Shown here in pieces: positions 17,483-23,407 of a DNA stretch of 41,610 nucleotides. The position numbers were made by a program, and so were the translations under genes. Under the pieces are notes generated by a model that saw only the letters and a list, made by a program, of their open reading frames with translations, had not been told where the DNA came from and ran no database searches. How positions within the stretch are numbered: the stretch's first letter is position 1; every line of letters begins with the position of its first letter. Source of the stretch: a virus (Duplodnaviria; Caudoviricetes); IMG/VR virus record IMGVR_UViG_3300036798_000457, positions 1-41,610 of that record; one strand, given 5' to 3'.

Positions 17483-18150
17483 TTGCGATCCCGCCCAACC
17501 GCACGCGCGATGGCGTCGGCCTTCGCCGCGTTCTGGCTGTGTGCCGGAAACCCCACAATAGACTGGCGGTTGCCGCGCTGGCACAAACTGCACTCTTGGC
17601 AATTCGTGTCGAGATACGTCGCCGGGCATACTGACAAGGCTTGCCCGGCCGGCGTCTTCTTGGGGAGCTCGGCCGTGCGCGCGCGGTACGCTGACAATGT
17701 CTCCGCCCATTGCCCCCGGTTCTCTTGCCGCGCGTAGTCAATCGGCAACACGACAACGACAGGCGCAATCGCCAACGCCGCTAATTCATCAGCATGCGCC
17801 ACATTGTTGCCCGACAGATTGATCGTGAAACCCCCGCCGTTCGCCGCGACAAGTGCCGCCAGTGCCGCGCCATCAATCGCGTTCCCCATGCCCGGCAAAT
17901 CGCCCGCCTGATTGTGACGCCATAACTGACCCCGAGGCAACGCCGCGACAGACTTGAGGAACGCCGCAAAATCGGTTCCCGTCCGCCCGTCATCCACCTT
18001 GCCCCAAAACATCGCCAATGGACCTGCTTCGGCATAACACCCGTTACCCTGCAACGGGCAACTAGGCGGGCAACTCTCCTTGGCCGTCGTGCTAACCGGG
18101 ATCGGCCCGGTTTTCCCGTTCCGACTCTTTAATGTCAGATGATAATTCAT
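17479..18150 (-). CDS. Cys-rich phage protein (GP88-like/degenerate radical-SAM-like candidate)
   Basis: SRNGKTGPIP, CPPSC...GCYA, WRHNQAGD, VCPA....CQECSLC...VGFPAH; GGAGAGG SD. Confidence 0.6.
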   Translation of the reverse strand: MNYHLTLKSRNGKTGPIPVSTTAKESCPPSCPLQGNGCYAEAGPLAMFWGKVDDGRTGTDFAAFLKSVAALPRGQLWRHNQAGDLPGMGNAIDGAALAALVAANGGGFTINLSGNNVAHADELAALAIAPVVVVLPIDYARQENRGQWAETLSAYRARTAELPKKTPAGQALSVCPATYLDTNCQECSLCQRGNRQSIVGFPAHSQNAAKADAIARAVGRDRK

Positions 18151-18152
18151 TG

Positions 18153-18170
18153 GCGCGGTCCTCTCCGCTT
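18153..18170 (-). repeat. 18-bp leader repeat copy 2 (AAGCGGAGAGGACCGCGC, contains SD)
   Basis: Identical to 18465-18482; each copy directly precedes an ATG. Confidence 0.9.
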
Positions 18171-18187
18171 GGTCCGCTACTCGACCC

Positions 18188-18463
18188 TTAGCCGCAATAC
18201 CCCTCGTCACACGCAAACTCGTAAAGCTTGCGCTCCACTAGCGCCAAATCATCGGTAAGCCAATCGTCGCGGCCAATCAGCAAAGACCAGCGCTCCGGAC
18301 GACCGTTAGGCCAACCAGCCACGGGCCTCTCTGCAATCCACAGACTATCGACATACACCCGACCGTGCGGTTTTTCATCTTGCGCCCAACAGACATCGCC
18401 AAACTTTGCGACCAAATCGTCACAGTCGCAGCCCGTCGCCTGAAATTCACCAAATGTCATCAT
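18188..18463 (-). CDS. Hypothetical protein downstream of the hammerhead ribozyme
   Basis: SD in leader repeat; MMTFGEFQAT...WSLLIGRDDWLTDDLALVERKLYEFACDEG. Confidence 0.75.
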   Translation of the reverse strand: MMTFGEFQATGCDCDDLVAKFGDVCWAQDEKPHGRVYVDSLWIAERPVAGWPNGRPERWSLLIGRDDWLTDDLALVERKLYEFACDEGYCG

Positions 18464-18464
18464 C

Positions 18465-18482
18465 GCGCGGTCCTCTCCGCTT
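18465..18482 (-). repeat. 18-bp leader repeat copy 1
   Basis: Identical to 18153-18170. Confidence 0.9.
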
Positions 18483-18540
18483 CGTGGTCTCGTCAGTGCC
18501 GGCAACGACCGACAGACGCGCTCGCAAGCGCGTTTCGACC
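18482..18540 (-). ncRNA. Type II hammerhead ribozyme
   Basis: Minus strand reads GGUC-GAAA-CGCGCU-UGCG-AGCGCG-UC^-UGUCGG-UCGUUG-CCGGCA-CUGACGA-GACC-ACGA; both core boxes, three stems, GUC cleavage triplet and loop-I UCGU/3' ACGA pseudoknot are present. Confidence 0.9.
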
Positions 18541-18583
18541 TTGCGCCTTAATAAGGCCCGTTACGCAGCGGCATGGCCAGCGG

Positions 18584-18751
18584 TCAGCCCTCCGCTCGCT
18601 CAACGCCGGGGCGCAGAATGTTCTGTGCCTCCAGCATGTCCACCAGCCGCGCGGCCCACTTGGCCGCTATTTCTGGCTTGCCGCAGTCGCGGTAGGCAAT
18701 CGCCTTCGCCATCGCCCGGCTCATCTCGCTTCTATCTGCCTTGGTTGTCAT
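18584..18751 (-). CDS. Hypothetical protein (55 aa), first gene of leftward early array
   Basis: AAAGGA SD; MTTKADRSEMSRAMAKAIAYRDCGK... Confidence 0.7.
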   Translation of the reverse strand: MTTKADRSEMSRAMAKAIAYRDCGKPEIAAKWAARLVDMLEAQNILRPGVERAEG

Positions 18752-18900
18752 CTCACAGTCCTTTCGCTCGGTTCTTTCCGAAATCCCGGCAACAGTCATT
18801 CCGTTACCGCATCTACGACACAAACATAAGCACACCTGATACTGTCATGCACATGCGGCAAAACGCCATACCCAAAAAACGCAACCAACCCGTTCCATTC

Positions 18901-18942
18901 CTCCTGACACCTCCTGACAAACCTACTGACATGCTCCTGACA
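18901..18942. repeat. Four helically phased 9-mers CT(C/A)CTGACA
   Basis: Copies start at 18901, 18911, 18923 and 18934 (spacing 10, 12, 11) in the largest non-coding region. Confidence 0.85.
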
Positions 18943-19297
18943 AACTGTTGCAAAAATGCAACTATACTTTACGCTCGCGCCCGCGCGCAGTCGCATAATG
19001 AAAGTGGACCAGAGGCGTCACATGCAGCGATCGAGGTCCGCAGTCGCAACCAGCGCAGGAGCAATCGCTGCCGCATACTCTAGCATCATCTGCCAGAGCG
19101 AGCAGCGCTCAAGCGGTTGTGGTGGTGATGGGCGTTCAACGCCCAAATCACCACAGCACCAGAGCCCGAGCGAGCGGTCTCACCAAACGTGCCGTTCGGC
19201 GAAACCCGGGGAGCCCCGGACGGGGGCCGGAATATATTCCCCCCCTGTCTGAGATTGTTGCGGAATCCGGGAGTATGCAACCGGCGGTAGACCAAGG

Positions 19298-19580
19298 GTA
19301 CCCAGAACCCGGCTAGCGTGAGAACAGAGGGCGCTGAAGGCGTGGCGTTGAGACGCCACGGCGCCACAGGACGGTCCGTTGCGTGGGGTTCTGGGTACTG
19401 ATTTTTTCTTTTTTTGAGTGACGGGTCGGTTCTGAGGCGCGCCCCCCCGCTATGCGGGGGGTCTGAGCGCGCCCTCTGTTCGGGGATCGGGGTAGGTGTT
19501 TTTGTTGGAGAGGAAGGGCGTAGCGGCTTGGTTTAGGCGGCAGACAGGCGTCAGCTCCCGCCTGACGGCGGGTGACGCCC
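19298..19580. other. Cluster of inverted repeats and T-tracts upstream of repL (origin/packaging-end candidate)
   Basis: GTACCCAGAACCC(19298)/GGGTTCTGGGTAC(19386) enclosing CGTGGCGT-tgag-ACGCCACG; CCCCCCGC-tat-GCGGGGGG near 19442; GGCGTCA..CCCGCC-tgac-GGCGGG-TGACGCC near 19547. Confidence 0.6.
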
Positions 19581-19657
19581 TTTCCTCTTATAAGACAGAG
19601 AAGAAAGGGCAAATGCTATGTCTTTGGTATTATTGATAGAAATGCCAATGCGGGGTT

Positions 19658-19696
19658 CAATAGACTTGAACGAATTTACGCAATAGACTTGAACGA
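19658..19696. repeat. Two perfect 16-bp direct repeats CAATAGACTTGAACGA (iteron/operator candidate)
   Basis: 19658-19673 and 19681-19696, 23-bp period; first copy lies in the palindrome TTCAA-N5-TTGAA; immediately upstream of the rep gene. Confidence 0.8.
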
Positions 19697-19709
19697 TTCG
19701 GGGGATTTG

Positions 19710-20108
19710 ATGGCAAAGAAGAGCGCTTTTGGCAGGGGTCAGTTTATGTTGGTGAGTCAGAACGGGTTCTCGGCATTGCAGCAAGAGGCTCTGGCGAAGA
19801 AGCTGGGCATCCGCGAGTTGCGGGTGTTTTTCGAGATGCTGGCGAATACCGGGTACGACAATGTTGTGATGGTCAGTCAGGCTGACATTGGCCGGTTGAC
19901 GAGGATGGACATGGCTTCGGTGTCGCGCTCCTCAAAGGCGTTGCTTGATCAGGGGTTTGTGGAGCGATTGAACAACCGGCGCGGGTGGTATCGGATCAAT
20001 CCTAAATTTGCTTGGAAGGGTGGCGGTGAAGAGCATCGCGCCAGCCTGGCTCGCGAGGCTGAGGACGAATACCTGGAGAAGTTTGAGCAGCTGAAGGAGA
20101 TCGGCTGA
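19710..20108 (+). CDS. RepL-like (plasmid-type) winged-helix replication protein
   Basis: LRVFF.ML....YDNVV.VSQADIG....MDMASVSRS.KALL..GF.......YRINPKFAWKG. Confidence 0.7.
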   Translation: MAKKSAFGRGQFMLVSQNGFSALQQEALAKKLGIRELRVFFEMLANTGYDNVVMVSQADIGRLTRMDMASVSRSSKALLDQGFVERLNNRRGWYRINPKFAWKGGGEEHRASLAREAEDEYLEKFEQLKEIG

Positions 20109-20437
20109 TGCAGGCTGCGAACGCCTCGGAGAATGTGACGATGTTGCCGCAGCGCGGCATCGAGTGCCTGTCGCGGAAGATGATCAACAAGGGTGCGCTG
20201 GTGGCGATCTGCGACATCCGGATCAACGGCTGGCACCTTGTGCTGCGCGACTGCAAGTGGTTTCGCAAGGATTCGAAGCAGTGGATCGGCCTGCCCTCGA
20301 CAAAGTTCGTCGATCGGAACGGCAAGGCCGTCTACACCAACCTTGTTGAGTTTATTGACAAGAACGCCGCCGCTCGGTTTCAGGCGGCGGCGCTCGAAGC
20401 CGTCGAGATGTATAGGGAGAGCGCCGAGGAGACGTGA
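20108..20437 (+). CDS. SpoVG/Whirly-like nucleic-acid-binding protein (candidate SSB)
   Basis: GALVAICDI...LVLRDC.......WIGLPS....DRNGK..YTNLVEF. Confidence 0.65.
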   Translation: MQAANASENVTMLPQRGIECLSRKMINKGALVAICDIRINGWHLVLRDCKWFRKDSKQWIGLPSTKFVDRNGKAVYTNLVEFIDKNAAARFQAAALEAVEMYRESAEET

Positions 20438-20503
20438 TCCTTTCCCCAAGATCGCGGGAGAGGATTGCCGGGGAGCGGCCGCCGCGTCAAGCGCGATGAC
20501 GTT

Positions 20504-20800
20504 TTAGGCCGTCATGTCTTCGTCTTCGTCCTCGTCCTCGTTGGGTTTGATGGTTTGCATGACCCACTCGATCATGTACTCGCGGATCGCCTCCTCTTGC
20601 ATCTTCGGGGGCAAGACGTATTCCGCGAGAAGAGCGTCGGCCGTGCGTTCGGCGCGTTCGCGCATGACCCAAGCCGTGATGCTCGTGACATCTTGCATCC
20701 AGGCGGGGGGTGGTTTGTCGCCTTCTGGCATACAGTGAAAACTGCGGTAGAGTAAGTTGTCACACTTGATGGCGTCACGGGGAAAGTGTTTTTTAGCCAT
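20504..20800 (-). CDS. Hypothetical protein with acidic tail
   Basis: AGGTG SD; ends NEDEDEDEDMTA. Confidence 0.65.
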   Translation of the reverse strand: MAKKHFPRDAIKCDNLLYRSFHCMPEGDKPPPAWMQDVTSITAWVMRERAERTADALLAEYVLPPKMQEEAIREYMIEWVMQTIKPNEDEDEDEDMTA

Positions 20801-20862
20801 CACCTAGAGTGCCTTCTTGTTGTCGGTAGGGGGAGCCGTCCAGAGCTCCCCCGTCCCGCTCG

Positions 20863-21753
20863 TTAATGGACTTGCGGCAGGTTCTTTTTTGTGTCGGTCT
20901 TGATGTCGCGAATCTCCTTTTTGCCGTCGCGCAGCGCGTTCCAGGCATAGATCGCGCCCTGGTAAAGCTGCTTTGGCTTGACGGTGAATTCGCGGTCCTG
21001 GTAGCGCTCGAGCCAATCGTAGAGCACGCTGGTTGGCGAAGTCTCCTCGTACTCGCGGCCGCCGGCGACGACTTCGCGCCAGAAATCGTCGGCGGCATCG
21101 GCATCGACATTGTAGGTCGCGTAGATCGCCGCGATCACCGGCTGATGCATCAAGGGACGCACCCGACCACTAAAGAGACTGCCAAACCACTGGATAAAGG
21201 GGTGCTCGTCCTCCTCGTTAAACAGCACGTAGCGGTCATCGCCAACCGGCGTGCCGTCGCGGCGGCTGACATTCTTGCGAAACCACACCATCCCCTCGAC
21301 CGCCAGCTTGCCGAGATACCGCGGCACATCGTCGAGGTTGCTCTCGAGACCCTGGTAGGCGCCCGCGACATCGGCCGGGGAGCGCGCGCTCTTGCGCTCG
21401 TCAAACTGGCGGAAGAGCAACGCCAAGGCATCCATGTTGGTGCACTCAAAGGTGTCGACATGGACAAACATCCCCTCGGGAAACCGCCCGTCGACCGCCA
21501 CCAGCATGCTGGAGGAGTGCTGACCATTGGCGCGATAGGTGATGCCGTCGACCACCGCCTTGACCCAGTGCGGCGGATGAAACAACCCGGCGTAAAGCCG
21601 GTCGCGCAAAAAGTCGACGCGCTTCTGGTTGCACTCGCGCTCGGTCGGCGAGGCCGGCAAGGTGCGCATATCGTCAACCAAGCCGCGGGTCAGCGGCAGG
21701 GTTTCCGACTTCACCAGACGAAAGCAGGTTTGCTGTTCGGGTTGACCTGTCAT
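20863..21753 (-). CDS. ParB/Srx-fold, DGQHR-like domain protein
   Basis: ER.CNQKRV..L, YRANGQHS (DGQHR-like), LFRQFD...SARSPADV. Confidence 0.55.
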   Translation of the reverse strand: MTGQPEQQTCFRLVKSETLPLTRGLVDDMRTLPASPTERECNQKRVDFLRDRLYAGLFHPPHWVKAVVDGITYRANGQHSSSMLVAVDGRFPEGMFVHVDTFECTNMDALALLFRQFDERKSARSPADVAGAYQGLESNLDDVPRYLGKLAVEGMVWFRKNVSRRDGTPVGDDRYVLFNEEDEHPFIQWFGSLFSGRVRPLMHQPVIAAIYATYNVDADAADDFWREVVAGGREYEETSPTSVLYDWLERYQDREFTVKPKQLYQGAIYAWNALRDGKKEIRDIKTDTKKNLPQVH

Positions 21754-21818
21754 CGATTTACCCTTTATGGCGGAAGTAAAAGAAAAGGTGGCACGAAGCT
21801 TCCGCGCCCCGTGCCACC

Positions 21819-22586
21819 CTACTGGGTCCACTCATCAAGCATCTGCTGCATTTCGTCCGCAATCAGGGCGATAAGCGAAATCGCTATAGTCGCCATATTC
21901 TTGCGGCCCTCTGCCTTAAGCTTGATAACGAGGGGACCGAGTTTCTCGGCAAGCTCAACGGTGCTTACCGTGTTTGCCATTGGAAAGATGCGGTACTGGT
22001 AATCCTGGGCGCGCCGCCGGCGTTCGATTTTGTAACGCGATGGCGCGCTGCGCGAGGTGGCGGCGGCGAGAACCCGCTCGACGTCGTCCCGATCCCGACC
22101 GAGCCGGTTGGCGATCACATCGGTGCCGTGCCACTTGCCATTTGAATAGTGCTCGCGGACCTGATCCATCAGCGCATTGCGGGCGCGTGTCGGACCGGCG
22201 CGCTCTTCGGCCTTGATCATCTCGACCACGTGCAGAAAGCGCCGCCGCTCATTGCTGCCCTCCGACTGTTCCCAGTATTTGCGGAATTGTCTTTCGGACG
22301 TTATTTCCAAATTATGCCCAGTGGGCATATTCGCTGAAAAGGCCAAGAAACGACCAAAGCAAAGCATTCGAGAAAGATAGGATTGCGCCTTGCCTTCCTT
22401 TGCTGCCAGTTCTTCCTGGGTCCAGCCCGAACGCCAGAACAATTGCGCGAGTGCTTGCTCCCATCGAGTGCCGGCCTCGCTGCGACTGTCGCCAAACAGA
22501 TCGCGGAGGCGCTGACGCTCACGCTCGTAATCGCTCTCGCTCATCCGCGGCGGGGCAAACGGGACGACCGATGTCTCATCAGCCAT
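21819..22586 (-). CDS. HTH protein with ParB/KorB-like helix-turn-helix
   Basis: GWTQEELAAKEGKAQSYLSRML; second HTH-like segment DVIANRLGRDRDDVERVL. Confidence 0.6.
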   Translation of the reverse strand: MADETSVVPFAPPRMSESDYERERQRLRDLFGDSRSEAGTRWEQALAQLFWRSGWTQEELAAKEGKAQSYLSRMLCFGRFLAFSANMPTGHNLEITSERQFRKYWEQSEGSNERRRFLHVVEMIKAEERAGPTRARNALMDQVREHYSNGKWHGTDVIANRLGRDRDDVERVLAAATSRSAPSRYKIERRRRAQDYQYRIFPMANTVSTVELAEKLGPLVIKLKAEGRKNMATIAISLIALIADEMQQMLDEWTQ

Positions 22587-22641
22587 GAGAAAAATTCCTA
22601 GTTTAGATTGTCATTGCCGCCCATGTAACGCATACTGGCAC

Positions 22642-22896
22642 ATGATGTCAATCGCCAATGAAAATATTTCTTCGAGAATTGCGAGGCCGGCTTTTTTGCG
22701 CTGGCGATTGCGTCTCGGTCTCTCGCGTCGGCAAGCGGCTGAGTTGCTCGGGCGCACGCCGCGGCAGTTGTTTAATTACGAACAGGGAGGCGAGTTGCCG
22801 CAGACGCTGTTGCTGGCGATGGTCGCGCTGGAATACCTGCCGCCGTGGCGTCTGGCTGAGCTTGATATTGTCCCGACCTGGCGCAAGCCGCGTTAG
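22642..22896 (+). CDS. XRE-family HTH regulator
   Basis: FLRWRLRLGLSRRQAAELLGRTPRQLFNYEQG..LP..L.LA; divergent from the ParB-like pair. Confidence 0.8.
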   Translation: MMSIANENISSRIARPAFLRWRLRLGLSRRQAAELLGRTPRQLFNYEQGGELPQTLLLAMVALEYLPPWRLAELDIVPTWRKPR

Positions 22897-22906
22897 TTGA
22901 GGATTC

Positions 22907-22935
22907 TTGATTTTCTTGGCTATTGTTGCTATATG
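22907..22935 (+). promoter_or_regulatory. Putative sigma70-like promoter
   Basis: TTGATT-N17-TATATG, with GC preceding the -10 box. Confidence 0.45.
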
Positions 22936-22937
22936 CC

Positions 22938-23009
22938 GTGGTGTTCCCTTTCCCCAAACGGAACGCCACACGTAGGAGAGGCGCCGCGGATCACCCGGCG
23001 CCTTTCTTT
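22938..23009 (+). ncRNA. Candidate two-hairpin small RNA with C-rich loop
   Basis: GTGGTGTTCC-CTTTCCCCAAAC-GGAACGCCAC hairpin followed by a terminator hairpin; downstream of a putative promoter. Confidence 0.45.
22979..23009 (+). terminator. Intrinsic terminator
   Basis: AGGCGCCG-N9-CGGCGCCT then TTCTTT. Confidence 0.7.
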
Positions 23010-23066
23010 GTGGGCGGTTTGTCTGAATGACAGTATCCTGCGGGGATGGTTCGGGGAGAGTTGGCG

Positions 23067-23117
23067 ATGGCGTGGTGGCGACGCCTGTGGCGCTGGCTGC
23101 GGGAGCGGGTGATATGA
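23067..23117 (+). CDS. 16-aa Trp/Arg amphipathic peptide (not in ORF track)
   Basis: GGGGAGAG SD; MAWWRRLWRWLRERVI; stop overlaps the next ATG (ATGA). Confidence 0.4.
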   Translation: MAWWRRLWRWLRERVI

Positions 23118-23401
23118 GTTCGCCCTTGCCGCTCGACCCGCCGACCGAGCGCAAGATCATCCAAGTCGCGCTGGCGCATGGCGGGGGTGGGACGACCAGT
23201 GGGGGTCTGCCGCTGATTGTCGTGCTGTGTGATGACAGCACCTTGTGGCGCGGCGGCTTTGACCGCGATCTGAAGGGCGCCTTTGTCTGGCGGCGGATCC
23301 CGGGGGTGCTGCTCAGCGCGGTCGACCAGTCGCCGCCCGATCAGGCACCGAGCGAAGAGTTGCTGCTGCCGACACTTTTTGCCGATGACCGGGGTTTTTA
23401 G
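23114..23401 (+). CDS. Hypothetical protein
   Basis: RKIIQVA...IVVLCDDSTLW......W.RIP pattern seen in small phage proteins. Confidence 0.7.
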   Translation: MSSPLPLDPPTERKIIQVALAHGGGGTTSGGLPLIVVLCDDSTLWRGGFDRDLKGAFVWRRIPGVLLSAVDQSPPDQAPSEELLLPTLFADDRGF

Positions 23402-23407
23402 TAGCAC

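Noticed and set aside
18988-19012. Second dif-like half (GTCGCATAATG)
   Set aside because: No XerD arm at the 6-bp spacing
18901-19696. CRISPR mini-array from the short repeats
   Set aside because: Repeats are 9-16 bp with 1-7 bp gaps; no spacer-sized units and no cas genes
18760-19700. tRNA genes or short ORFs in the large intergenic region
   Set aside because: No cloverleaf with T-loop consensus seen; listed ORFs lack SDs and coding-like composition
20866-22002. 378-aa + strand ORF (and similar long antisense ORFs such as 26819-27805)
   Set aside because: Shadow frames of GC-rich genes on the other strand; no recognisable motifs
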